Positions 39,302-49,523 of a DNA stretch of 64,000 nucleotides are shown piece by piece. Positions within the stretch are counted from its first letter, which is position 1. Each line of letters begins with the position of its first letter. The notes beneath the pieces are model-generated. The model made no database searches. It worked only from the letters and a program-made list of their open reading frames with translations, and was not told the DNA's origin. Source of the DNA: Candidatus Hermodarchaeota archaeon. GTDB lineage: Archaea; Asgardarchaeota; Lokiarchaeia; Sigyniarchaeales; SOKP01. The position numbers and the translations under genes are program-made. The stretch is from contig JBHLLG010000011.1 in NCBI GenBank assembly GCA_048885925.1, positions 1,200 to 65,199 of the forward strand, read 5' to 3'.

Positions 39302-39561
39302 ATTTTTTAATTACTCCAATTTAATTTATTAATTATTTAATTGTTAGTTGCTTAATTTAAGAAAAAATGTAAATTGCTTTAACTCTTTTGCTAATAATTT
39401 ATGAACTTTTTCTAATTTGCAGTTATAATTTTAATTTTCATTATAGGTATTTTATAATAAATAAACTAAAGAAATTAATAAATTTCAAAATATTATTCAT
39501 TACTGGAAAGCTTATAAAATTTAAATCATTAAGGTGTTTTTGAATTCCAGTAAGTAATTTT

Positions 39562-40029
39562 ATGGAACTTTACAAATTTTTACCTAAAACCAATTGCAAA
39601 AAGTGTGGAAAACCTACTTGTATGGCGTTTGCATTAGATTTATTACAAGGAAAGGTAAAAATAGATGATTGTACCCCCCTTTTAGAACCTAAATACAAAA
39701 AGAATTATGACACATTGAAGGAATTGATAGGTGCTGAAGAGGGAAAAGAAAAGGAGCTCAAAATTGATGTTGATAATGATCTATGTGATGGGTGTGGAAT
39801 ATGCGTAACTGTATGTCCTGTAAATGCAAGGTATTGCCCTCCAACTTTAAGTGGAAAAGCACCTGATTATCCACCAGAAAAACATCAATTATTTCAAGTT
39901 AAAGGTGGAAAATGTGAATTATTAGCAATTCAGCATTGCAGAAGAATTGAAGCGGAGGGAAGGGAAAGGGAATGCCGTGTTTGTGAGACATATTGTCCAC
40001 GAGAGGCTATAAAAATAGATTATGTTTAA
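39562..40029 (+). CDS. Ferredoxin with N-terminal RnfB/CdhE-type Fe-S domain plus 2x[4Fe-4S]
   Basis: LPKTNCKKCGKPTCMAFALDLLQGKVKIDDC fits the PF04060-type FeS domain. CDGCGICVTVCPVNA and CRVCETYCPREAI follow. It lies 18 nt upstream of fwdB. Confidence 0.65.
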   Translation: MELYKFLPKTNCKKCGKPTCMAFALDLLQGKVKIDDCTPLLEPKYKKNYDTLKELIGAEEGKEKELKIDVDNDLCDGCGICVTVCPVNARYCPPTLSGKAPDYPPEKHQLFQVKGGKCELLAIQHCRRIEAEGRERECRVCETYCPREAIKIDYV

Positions 40030-40047
40030 TTTTTCAGAGGTTATACA

Positions 40048-41343
40048 ATGGATCGTGTAGCATGTAGTGGGTGTTCATTATTATGTGATGATATTTTAAT
40101 TAGGACTGATGGATTATTTATAGATGAGGTAGTTGGAGCTTGTTTGAAAGGAAAAGAGCGCTTCGAGCAATGCACGGCACCAAATAGGATAACAAGCCCA
40201 CAAATTAGAGTGGGAAATGAATATAAATCAGTAAAATTAGAAAAGGCGCTTGGAAAAATTTCTCAGATTCTTAAAACTTCCTCTAAACCATTGCTTTATG
40301 GATTCTCAAATTCAAGTTGTGAAGCCCAGTTAAAGGGATTGCAATTAGCTCAAAAAATAAATGGATTTATAGATTCAAATGCAATTATCTGCCAAGGTCA
40401 AGTTCTTAATAAAGCAAAAGAGCATGGTCTAACTCTTACAACTCTTTCTGAAATTATTAATAAATCAGATTTATTTGTATTTTGGGGAGCAAATCCGGCT
40501 GAATCTATACCAAGACTCTTGAATAAAGCATTATTTTCAAGAGGTAAATTCCGAATGACTGGAAGGGAAATAAAAACCCTAATTATTATTGATCCAGTGA
40601 AAACAGCGTCTTTTAACACTATGGGTGTTCGAGATGTTGCGCTTTTAATCAACCCAAACAAAGATTATGAATTATTAGAAGCATTAAAAGAGGAGTGTTG
40701 TAAACAAGATAGTATCCCTCCAGAAGGAGTTGCTGGCCTTGATGCAGATGATATGAAAAGGTTTCTACTTCATTTATCTGGTGCTGAAAACGGTGTAATC
40801 TTTGTTGGACAAGGATTACTTAGACGTCAAAATAGTCACGATTTATTAAAAGAATTTCTAGAATTAGTAGAAATCATTAATCAAAAGCAACAAAAAGGCC
40901 GTATTTCAGTAATATTAATGGGGGGTCATTTTAATATGAATGGATTTGACCATGTAGCACTCTCCAATTATGGAATAAATCATAGCCTTCAATTTTCTAA
41001 TGGAAATGTTATAGAAAGTGAAGACACGATTGTTTCTAAAATCCAAAATGAAGATTTTGATTGTTCAATAATAGTTGGTACAGATCCAATTTCTCATTTC
41101 CCTTGGGAGTTAAGTAAAAAGTTTGCCTCAAAACCAATTATTGTGTTAGATAATAGAACATCTGGAGTAACATCACTTGCTGACGTTGTTTTACCCTCCG
41201 CGATTACTGGTATTGAGAGCAAGGGATTAGTTTATCGATTAGATCATGTACCACTCGAATTAAAAAAGATTCTTAATCCCCCATCTAATATTCTTTCGGA
41301 TGAAGAATTGCTACAAAAAATAATAGAGACACTGGAGGGATGA
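40048..41343 (+). CDS. fwdB: Formylmethanofuran dehydrogenase subunit B (Cys type)
   Basis: N-terminal VACSGCSLLCDDILI, about 430 aa, molybdopterin-oxidoreductase-like layout. ...NAIICQG... has Cys where some methanogens encode Sec. Confidence 0.8.
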   Translation: MDRVACSGCSLLCDDILIRTDGLFIDEVVGACLKGKERFEQCTAPNRITSPQIRVGNEYKSVKLEKALGKISQILKTSSKPLLYGFSNSSCEAQLKGLQLAQKINGFIDSNAIICQGQVLNKAKEHGLTLTTLSEIINKSDLFVFWGANPAESIPRLLNKALFSRGKFRMTGREIKTLIIIDPVKTASFNTMGVRDVALLINPNKDYELLEALKEECCKQDSIPPEGVAGLDADDMKRFLLHLSGAENGVIFVGQGLLRRQNSHDLLKEFLELVEIINQKQQKGRISVILMGGHFNMNGFDHVALSNYGINHSLQFSNGNVIESEDTIVSKIQNEDFDCSIIVGTDPISHFPWELSKKFASKPIIVLDNRTSGVTSLADVVLPSAITGIESKGLVYRLDHVPLELKKILNPPSNILSDEELLQKIIETLEG

Positions 41344-41350
41344 TGATTAT

Positions 41351-41731
41351 ATGAAATTTATACTCAATATACAGCGTAAAGTAGATTATGATCAAGCAAA
41401 AGAACTAACATTCGGAGATAACATCTCTTTGAAAGAAAAACTTGCTATAGCTATTTTAAATCCAAATGATTACAAAAAATTAAATTTAACCAAAGATACC
41501 CGAGTAAATTTGATAAGTCAATATGGTCAAGTTATAGTTTCTCCAAAGGAAGAGAAAGGAGTTCCCGAAGGTATGATCATTATGCCTGTAAGTATTTGGG
41601 CAAATAAAATAACAGGAATCGAAAAGGATCAATTAGTTTTTAAAAATATTGAAATATTGGTAGAAGCTTCAGATAAACCGATATTAACATTCCAAGAGCT
41701 AATTCAAGAAATATCTTCGAGGGTGAGATAG
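41351..41731 (+). CDS. fwdD: Formylmethanofuran dehydrogenase subunit D
   Basis: 126 aa with a molybdopterin-dinucleotide-binding beta-barrel pattern (...VNLISQYGQVIVSPKEEKGVPEGMIIMPVSIWAN...). Located between fwdB and fwdA. Confidence 0.7.
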   Translation: MKFILNIQRKVDYDQAKELTFGDNISLKEKLAIAILNPNDYKKLNLTKDTRVNLISQYGQVIVSPKEEKGVPEGMIIMPVSIWANKITGIEKDQLVFKNIEILVEASDKPILTFQELIQEISSRVR

Positions 41732-41733
41732 AG

Positions 41734-43389
41734 ATGGAAAAAATTATTATTAAAAATGGACATGTATACGATCCATTAAACAATATTGGTGGAGAGATTA
41801 AAGATATTCTTATCGAGAACGGAAAGGTCGTAGATAAGTTTTCTAATGAATCGAATGTAAAGGAGATAAATGCTAAAAATAAAACAGTAATTCCTAGTGC
41901 CTTAGATATTCATACCCATATAGCTTCACACCAACTTAACTTTGTTCGATTACTTGGCTCAAAAAATCATTTATTTCAAGATTATTGGAAAGGACTTACT
42001 CTTAATCATATAGCACAGAGTTATATTAAGAATGGTTATACTTTTATTTTAGAAGCTAATGTATTTCCTTCTTTAGCGAAAACCTCAATTTTTGATTTTC
42101 AACAACTCCCGGTTCTAGATAAGGCTATGCTTTTAAATATTAGCAATCTCTGGCAGTTAGAATTAGAATTTCAGAATGGAAAAATTAAGGATATGGCTAC
42201 ATTTATACAGGATTTGCTAAGGAAAGTTAAAGCTTTTGGATTAAAAGCATATAATCCATTTGAAAATGAAGCTGAATGGAACTTCTTCTTACTAAGAGAG
42301 GATCTGACATCTAAAGGAAGATTATATAATTTCTCTGCATTAGATGTGTATGAAAATTTGACAAAATGCGTGAATTATTTAGGATTACCCCATTCGGTTC
42401 ATGCACATATTGAAGGTTATGAAACCGAACAGGCTAAAACAAACCTTTCTATTGTTCTTGACAAAATAAACTCTTTAAATATTGAAAAGAATAGTAAATT
42501 AAAACGTTCACAGTTATTTCATTTAGCCCATGGTTCACATTATAATATTGATGGAGAAAATACAGAGTTGCTTAAGATTATCAATAATTCTGATCGTTTT
42601 GATTTAGACCTCGGTATTATTACTTTCAATCCAATAAATCCCTTTATATCATCTGATAAACATTTAATGAAAAAATTGAGAAATGAGGAAACAGACCATA
42701 AAATTATCCGTTATGCTGCTGAATTTGAGGGAGATAATTATTCAACTTTACGTTCCTTTAAAACGTCCAACCCAGTTCATTGCAAAATATGGGCAAATGC
42801 TATTGAATTAGCTTTAAACATAAAAGATAAGTGGAAAATTCAGCTTACTGTTAATTATCCTAATTATGGAGATATTAATGACATTCCTTTAGTTGCTACG
42901 TGGTTAATGAGTACAGAAGCAAGAACAAAATATATTAAGGATATGGCTCCTGAATTTTCCTCTAAAGAATTTTTAATCCAAAATGATCAAGTATTATCAT
43001 TTAATGACTTTATTATTATTTCTAGGTCAAGTCCAGCAAAGTCATTGGGTTTAAGTGCGATAAAAGGAGGATTAGGTATAGGAACAGATGGAGATGTAAA
43101 TATTCTAAATATAGATCTTAATGAAATCGATACCAATAAAGATTATGAGAAAGTAAGAAACTCCTTAACCAATATAGAATTTGTCATAAAAAACGGAATT
43201 GTAGTTAAAAGTGATGATAAAATCGATTTGAACTCTCATGGAAAGATTTTTTGGTCAGAGGGAACAACTGAGATTAAAGATGCATCATTTATTTTAAATA
43301 AAAAGAAAGAATTCTATCAGAAATATTATTCTATCTTCTATAAAACCTTAGAGACTTCAATTCCTAACGAACTTTTGAGGAAAGTTTGA
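41734..43389 (+). CDS. fwdA: Formylmethanofuran dehydrogenase subunit A (amidohydrolase fold)
   Basis: IIKNGHVYDP...VIPSALDIHTHIAS (HxH metal site), 551 aa. The start lies 2 nt after the fwdD stop. Confidence 0.8.
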   Translation: MEKIIIKNGHVYDPLNNIGGEIKDILIENGKVVDKFSNESNVKEINAKNKTVIPSALDIHTHIASHQLNFVRLLGSKNHLFQDYWKGLTLNHIAQSYIKNGYTFILEANVFPSLAKTSIFDFQQLPVLDKAMLLNISNLWQLELEFQNGKIKDMATFIQDLLRKVKAFGLKAYNPFENEAEWNFFLLREDLTSKGRLYNFSALDVYENLTKCVNYLGLPHSVHAHIEGYETEQAKTNLSIVLDKINSLNIEKNSKLKRSQLFHLAHGSHYNIDGENTELLKIINNSDRFDLDLGIITFNPINPFISSDKHLMKKLRNEETDHKIIRYAAEFEGDNYSTLRSFKTSNPVHCKIWANAIELALNIKDKWKIQLTVNYPNYGDINDIPLVATWLMSTEARTKYIKDMAPEFSSKEFLIQNDQVLSFNDFIIISRSSPAKSLGLSAIKGGLGIGTDGDVNILNIDLNEIDTNKDYEKVRNSLTNIEFVIKNGIVVKSDDKIDLNSHGKIFWSEGTTEIKDASFILNKKKEFYQKYYSIFYKTLETSIPNELLRKV

Positions 43390-43770
43390 GAATTTTCATT
43401 TTAAATTAACTTTTATGGTATATAAAATGAAAATATAAAGAAAAAATCAATTCTTTCTTAATTCTCTAAATTTAAGGATATTTTTAAAATATAACTATTA
43501 TTAGATTTGAAATTATTTAAATTAAATAAATATCAAATAATTCTTAGAAAGTTAAATCTTTATACTTTTTAGTTCTTATTTTTAGTTATATTTTGAATAT
43601 GTTAGAAATGGTTGAAGGCTTTAAAGATAGAGATGAAATTTTTAAAAATAGAATTATTAAAGATGATAATGAAATTAATTTAATAGAAAGAGAAGCTATA
43701 AAAAAAATCTTATTATCTGAAATAAAGTAAAAGAATTTTTAATAAGTTATTTTATTTATTTAACCTTAAA

Positions 43771-44973
43771 TCAGACATTGCTTTGGTAATTGTTTATAAT
43801 TTGCTTTTTAAAAGATCTTACTACGATTATTATACCCAATAAAATAAAGACAATTAGGATGTTAATTATGTATCCATATATTTTAGGCTCTGTAGTGCCT
43901 TCTGGATTGCTTTTCAACAATATATTTCCATAAATATAATTATGGTTACTATTTTCTAAGTAAAACCAAGATTCAGAATTTTGAGCTATTGAAAGTGAAG
44001 AAGAAGTTGAGCTATTAGACTCCTGAAAATTATTTGATATTTCATTCCCAACACAATTTTGTTCGTTAATTATAAAATCTCCATATGGATTGGAGTAATC
44101 TGCATAATCTCCGGCAAAAACATTAAAAGTCACATAACTGTAATTAGTATCTACAAGATAAATTCCAGTGTCAGGAAAATGTCCAAATAGAGTATTCTTT
44201 ATAAAATTTCTATTGATTGTATCATTTACACTGTTATAGACAACAATTCCACTATAATGATTAATTATGGTATTATTCTCTACAATATTATCACAACTAC
44301 CATTTCCATTTCCATATCCTCCTAGAGATATTCCACACCCTAGACCCACCTCTGCATCATGATTGCTCAAGATTCTATTAAATGAAATTGTGTTATTATG
44401 ACTCTCGAATAATTGTATTGATCCGCGATTATAAGTTAAATTATTATTTAAAAGAACTCCATTCGTAGTATTATATAAGAAAATGCCAGCATTCCAATCT
44501 GCGTAAACTCCAGATTTATGTAAACTACAGTTTCTAATAATAAAATGAACTCTAGAATGCCTAATAAGTATATTAGAATAATATGAGTAATCCTTTCCTA
44601 CAAATTTACCATCAATGTATACATTTTCGATTACATAAGGGTCTTCTTTAGTTCCAGTACCATTACACCAAGGATATGCTGCTGCTGTTTCACTCCAGGT
44701 AAAATTTTTAAGTGTATCATCTATTAATATCCCTGCGATGGTTTTATATTTTTCTTCAGTATAAAGATCTCCATAATGAGTTATATTCGTCGTCATAAAG
44801 GTTCCAGTTAAATCCCAGAAAGATGAGGTTCTTGGTTGTTTTTTTGGATAAAGATTATTTGCTGTAAGATCTTGAGGTTGGACTTCGATCGTTATAATAC
44901 TTAAAATTTGCATTAAAGTAAATATAATACAAATTATTGATATTATCTTTTTAATACCGAAAATTTTTGTCAT
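43771..44973 (-). CDS. Cell-surface beta-helix (PbH1/NosD-like) repeat protein with C-terminal TM anchor
   Basis: Signal-like N-terminus. WCNGTGTKEDPYVIENVYIDG is the same motif as in 19470..20810 and 27014..28507. Asn-rich repeats, then TM segment YIINILIVFILLGIIIVV. Confidence 0.7.
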   Translation of the reverse strand: MTKIFGIKKIISIICIIFTLMQILSIITIEVQPQDLTANNLYPKKQPRTSSFWDLTGTFMTTNITHYGDLYTEEKYKTIAGILIDDTLKNFTWSETAAAYPWCNGTGTKEDPYVIENVYIDGKFVGKDYSYYSNILIRHSRVHFIIRNCSLHKSGVYADWNAGIFLYNTTNGVLLNNNLTYNRGSIQLFESHNNTISFNRILSNHDAEVGLGCGISLGGYGNGNGSCDNIVENNTIINHYSGIVVYNSVNDTINRNFIKNTLFGHFPDTGIYLVDTNYSYVTFNVFAGDYADYSNPYGDFIINEQNCVGNEISNNFQESNSSTSSSLSIAQNSESWFYLENSNHNYIYGNILLKSNPEGTTEPKIYGYIINILIVFILLGIIIVVRSFKKQIINNYQSNV

Positions 44974-45064
44974 AATCCATATATTGAATTATTATCTTTT
45001 AATCGTTTTTTTCAATAATTAAACTACATCTAAAAATAAGCCTAAAATTAATTATAATTTATTT

Positions 45065-46489
45065 TTAATAATTTAAACCCTTAAAATGCTGGACGGTTGT
45101 ATACATATTTTTTCCACCCTTTCGAAGGTAATCCATAGCTTCCTCAATCCCTTCAACAGTTAAATCAAACATAGGGATAATACTTGAAATTATTTTGCGC
45201 GTCCAAGGTGCCCATTCAGGTCTAATAAGCTCTGGATTTAACCAGACTATATTGTTTTTAAAATGATTTGCGATTTCTTTAATGTAATAAATTCCTGGTA
45301 GTTCATTTCGGTGATAATAATATATAGAGCCATATTTTTCCGTTAATTCCCAACTCGCCATAGCAGCATCCCCGACAATGACTACTTTATATTTATCATT
45401 ATATTTTCTTAAAAATTCATTAAATTCAATTGCTTCATCGGGATTTCTACGAGCATTGAAGTAAAGTGATTCATAAAGGCAATTATGGAAATAGTAATAT
45501 TTAAATTCGCGCCAATGAGACATATTATTGGCTGCTGAGAAGAGAAGGTTAACCAAATGAGCATAAGGAGTCATACTTCCTCCAACATCCATTAAAAGAA
45601 TCATCCTGACGTCATTTTTCCTTTTTTTATCAAATATTATTTCAATATCGCCACAATTTTTAGCAGTCTTGTCAATAGTTTTATCGAGGTCAAGTTCATC
45701 TTTCTTCCCGATTTCTTCAAGTTTTTTAAGTCTTTTTAAAGCAACCTTAATTTGTCTCGTATCTAACACAATATCTTTTCGATAATCTTTAAAAATCCTT
45801 TTTTGAGCGATTTGTACTGCCATTCGAGCGCCAGAAGATCCACCTATTCTCATACCCATAGGATTTTGGCCTCCATGACCAAATGGGGATGCTCCCTGTG
45901 TACCAATCCAATGATCCCCTCCATGATGCTCTTCATTTTGTTTTTCCATTAACTCCTCGAATCTCTTTTGCATTTCTTCGAGATCAAAGAATTGGCTTAT
46001 CATTTCTTGAAAATTTCCACTTAAGGCTGTCATATCAAAATTTTTTTCTAACCATTTCCAAATTTCGTCTTTTATTTCATTTGGAGCATTAATTGCCACG
46101 AAATCACCAAATTCTGCCCCGTACTTTTTCAATAAATCATCGAGAAATTGTTCTAAATCCTCTATATTAAGATATTGCTGATATTCTCTTAAAATTATTT
46201 TTAAACCTTCAATTAACTCTGGTATTGTAATTTCTTTATTTAACCAATCCCAAATTTCCTGTTTTATATCCTCAGGGAAATTAACCATTGCCTCTTTAAA
46301 GAAGTTGGCAAATGCTATATCATAGATATCAAAATGATGTTCAGTTTTGCATAAGATTGACCGAGAGGTATAGTAGAACTCAACCATATTATGGATTAGA
46401 CCCTTATCTAATGCTTCCATAAGAGTCATATATTCAGTTATACTTACAGGCAACCGTTCCTTTAGATAATAAAAGAATTCTACAAACAT
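45065..46489 (-). CDS. VWA domain protein, CoxE-like family
   Basis: The N-terminus MFVEFFYYLKERLPVSITEYMTLMEALDKGL is characteristic of CoxE-type VWA proteins. The MIDAS-like segment ILLMDVGGSM lies in the C-terminal half. Confidence 0.7.
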   Translation of the reverse strand: MFVEFFYYLKERLPVSITEYMTLMEALDKGLIHNMVEFYYTSRSILCKTEHHFDIYDIAFANFFKEAMVNFPEDIKQEIWDWLNKEITIPELIEGLKIILREYQQYLNIEDLEQFLDDLLKKYGAEFGDFVAINAPNEIKDEIWKWLEKNFDMTALSGNFQEMISQFFDLEEMQKRFEELMEKQNEEHHGGDHWIGTQGASPFGHGGQNPMGMRIGGSSGARMAVQIAQKRIFKDYRKDIVLDTRQIKVALKRLKKLEEIGKKDELDLDKTIDKTAKNCGDIEIIFDKKRKNDVRMILLMDVGGSMTPYAHLVNLLFSAANNMSHWREFKYYYFHNCLYESLYFNARRNPDEAIEFNEFLRKYNDKYKVVIVGDAAMASWELTEKYGSIYYYHRNELPGIYYIKEIANHFKNNIVWLNPELIRPEWAPWTRKIISSIIPMFDLTVEGIEEAMDYLRKGGKNMYTTVQHFKGLNY

Positions 46490-46614
46490 TAACTAGAAAT
46501 TTCTAATTCATTCTCTATTAATTTAGTATAATAATTAATTAAATATAGGTTTATGTAATAATTGTAAAAAATACTTACAGTCAAAAATTATTTATCATCA
46601 AAAATCTTGAATTA

Positions 46615-46983
46615 CTAAAACCATTGCGTCGCATCTACTTCTAATACTAAATCATTTAACGTAGCAGCTCCCACAATTTTAACTCCTGGAATTAATTCTA
46701 CTTTTTCCCAACCTAACATTCTTTTTGAAGCTTCACAGACTAATATTTCAATACCCATATCCAATGTTTTATTAATCATTTCTTTCACACTAGGAAAATT
46801 GCCAAGTTTAATTCTTTCAGCCTCACCAGGCTTTAAAATTCTTAATCCTGTACCTAAATAATAAATAGTTGCATCAAGATCCATTGCTTTAGCAGTTTGA
46901 GCTAATACTAATGGTGAATATTGTCGCTCTGGATTATCACTGGTTTGTACATATAAGATGCGTTTTTTATTTTCAGTAATAAT
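46615..46983 (-). CDS. DsrE/DsrF-like family protein; the conserved N-terminus precedes the listed ATG
   Basis: The listed ORF starts at MDLDATIYYLG. The frame is open upstream and encodes ...IITENKKRILYVQTSDNPERQYSPLVLAQTAKA|MDLD..., the typical first beta-alpha unit of DsrE-like proteins. The extension has no ATG, GTG or TTG. AGGTGG lies just upstream of ATT ATT. Confidence 0.5.
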   Translation of the reverse strand: MITENKKRILYVQTSDNPERQYSPLVLAQTAKAMDLDATIYYLGTGLRILKPGEAERIKLGNFPSVKEMINKTLDMGIEILVCEASKRMLGWEKVELIPGVKIVGAATLNDLVLEVDATQWF

Positions 46984-47174
46984 TAACCACCTTTTAATTT
47001 ATTATTTTTATATTTAATAATCAAGTTTATCAATAAATTAATGCTATAATGTTATAATATCATCAATTAATAAATCTCGTCATTATATTTCAAAAAAAAA
47101 AGGAGGATTTATAAAAATAAAATATTGAAGATCTATTAAAAAATAAATATTATATCACCTTATTTCATTAATAT

Positions 47175-49436
47175 TTACCTATAAATCCCTTCTGGCAATT
47201 CTTTGATAGCTTCCTTGTATGATCTGTTGGCTTTATCTGCGCCTTTTTTAATTTTTTCAATTGCTCTATCAAAATCTTCCTGATTAATTTTAATTTGTGA
47301 ATAAGATTTAGGATTTAATGGGTCAATGTTAGTTTGAAAAACTCCTTTTCGAATTGCTAAAATAGTAGCTTCCTCACATACTGCCTTTATATCAGCACCA
47401 CTATAACCTTCTAATTTCTCAGCTAGTAATTCTATATTAATATCATCACTAATAGGACGTTCTTTCAAATGTATTTCAAATATTTTTTTACGTGAATTCT
47501 TATCTGGTAAAGAAATTTCAATATGTCTCCCAAATCTACCTGATCTTAATAAAGCAGGGTCAAGTAGATCAGGTCTATTTGTAGCTGCGATCAATATTAC
47601 ATCTTTAAGTTCTTCTAAACCATCCATTTCGGTTAGAAGTTGTGCTACAACTTGTTCTGTTACTTTTGAATCTGAGGAATCTGAACGTCTAGATGCGATA
47701 GCATCTATTTCATCAAAGAAAATAATACAAGGAGTTGCAGATCTTGCTTTTCGAAAGGTTTCTCTTACAGCTTTTGCGCTTTCACCTACCCATTTAGATA
47801 TAAATTCTGGACCTTTAACTGAGATAAAGTTAGCTTCAGTTTCATGTGCAAGAGCCTTTACTAGTAATGTTTTACCAGTACCAGGAAGCCCGAATAACAA
47901 GATACCATTTGGGGGTCTTGATTTCATATGTTTATAAAAACCAAGATAAAGTAATGGCCATTCAATAATTTCTTTTAATTGTTGTATTGCATCTTCTAAT
48001 CCACCTATTTCATCCCATCTTTCTGAAGGTTGAGTAATAAAGACTTCTCTTAATGCTGATGGTTCAATAGAATTTAATGATTCAATAAAATGTTTCATTT
48101 TAATCTTTAATCGATTTAGAACTTCTTCGGGGATTGGTTTATCAAGATCAATTTCTGGAAGTATTTCTCTAATAGCAAGCATAGCGGATTCTTTACAAAG
48201 TGATTTTATATCTGCACCGACAAAACCATGGGTTTTCTCAGCAATAAATCTCAAATTCACTTCTTCATCTAAAGGCATTCCTCTAGTATGAATTAATAAA
48301 ATTTCATATCTCCCATTAGTGTCCGGAACTTTAATTTCAATTTCTCTATCAAATCTGCCTGGTCTTCTTAAAGCAATATCAATATTGTTTACTTTATTTG
48401 TAGCTCCAATAATAATAGTTTCTCCTCTGCTTTTCAAACCATCCATGAGAGATAATAATTGGGCAACTACTCGTGATTCAACTTGATTTTTACTTTCATC
48501 TCTTTTTGGTGCAATAGAGTCCAATTCATCAAGAAAAATTATTGAAGTTGCATTTTCTTTAGCTTCTTGAAAAATATTTCTAAGGTTTTCTTCACTTTGC
48601 CCAAAAAATTTACTCATAATCTCAGGACCACTAATAGTAATAAAATGAGCATCAGTTTCAGAAGCAACTGCTTTTGCAATTAAAGTCTTTCCTGTACCAG
48701 GGGGTCCATATAACAATATTCCTTTTGGAGGATCAATACCTATTCGTTCAAAAAGTTCTGGATGACGTATGGGAAGTTCAATAATCTCTCTAATTTTCTG
48801 AATTGTTTCTTCTAATCCTCCAATATCCTCATAAGTAACTCTTTCACTTATCTTTTGGAGCTTTTTTTCTATGTCACTTATTCCTTCATATTTTACTACT
48901 TTCTTTTTTACTTCAATATAATCATGGGATGTTTCTGTAAACGAAATTTTAGTATTTAGATTAATTTTAACTGCTTCAGTTTTTGGCAAGTAATTAACAA
49001 CTACCAGATCAATTCTATGCCCCATTGCGTAAAAACTAAGACTATCACCAAGTGTTACAACTCTTTTTTCTAATTTTCTTGCTAATGCTTGAGGATCACG
49101 TGGGATTAATGAATTATTTAAACCAGTAAAGATTATATTTTCAGCAAAATCAGCATTGATCTTCTTAATTTCCACGAGATCATCAATAGAGGCAGCTAAG
49201 TTTCTTCTTAAGGATGGATCCATCCTAATAATTTGCTTTCCTTTATCTTCATTTCTTCCTGAAGACAATAAAGCAACAGTAATTTTTTTTACAAAGGGAT
49301 GGGAAATTCGAATTGTATCACCAACCTTTAAATTTAATTTACTTATTATACTGGGATCTATTCTTATTATTCCTCTACCCGCATCCTCTTTAAAAGCATC
49401 CTTGATCCTTAACTTATATTCCGGTGTTGTACTCAT
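47175..49436 (-). CDS. cdc48: CDC48/VCP-type AAA+ ATPase (N domain + D1 + D2)
   Basis: N-domain ...[23 protein letters not shown]. Two Walker A motifs ([26 protein letters not shown]) and two Walker B motifs ([16 protein letters not shown]). 753 aa. Confidence 0.9.
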   Translation of the reverse strand: MSTTPEYKLRIKDAFKEDAGRGIIRIDPSIISKLNLKVGDTIRISHPFVKKITVALLSSGRNEDKGKQIIRMDPSLRRNLAASIDDLVEIKKINADFAENIIFTGLNNSLIPRDPQALARKLEKRVVTLGDSLSFYAMGHRIDLVVVNYLPKTEAVKINLNTKISFTETSHDYIEVKKKVVKYEGISDIEKKLQKISERVTYEDIGGLEETIQKIREIIELPIRHPELFERIGIDPPKGILLYGPPGTGKTLIAKAVASETDAHFITISGPEIMSKFFGQSEENLRNIFQEAKENATSIIFLDELDSIAPKRDESKNQVESRVVAQLLSLMDGLKSRGETIIIGATNKVNNIDIALRRPGRFDREIEIKVPDTNGRYEILLIHTRGMPLDEEVNLRFIAEKTHGFVGADIKSLCKESAMLAIREILPEIDLDKPIPEEVLNRLKIKMKHFIESLNSIEPSALREVFITQPSERWDEIGGLEDAIQQLKEIIEWPLLYLGFYKHMKSRPPNGILLFGLPGTGKTLLVKALAHETEANFISVKGPEFISKWVGESAKAVRETFRKARSATPCIIFFDEIDAIASRRSDSSDSKVTEQVVAQLLTEMDGLEELKDVILIAATNRPDLLDPALLRSGRFGRHIEISLPDKNSRKKIFEIHLKERPISDDINIELLAEKLEGYSGADIKAVCEEATILAIRKGVFQTNIDPLNPKSYSQIKINQEDFDRAIEKIKKGADKANRSYKEAIKELPEGIYR

Positions 49437-49523
49437 ATAAACTCACTTCCCTTTGGTAAATTTATGGTTCATTAAATTTACAAAGTAAAATAAAAAATTA
49501 TTTTGAATTAGATTGCGAGTTAT

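Noticed and set aside
40048-41343. Possible selenocysteine in FwdB, which is a selenoprotein in some methanogens.
   Set aside because: The ORF is uninterrupted and has Cys at the expected position (...NAIICQG...). There is no in-frame TGA.
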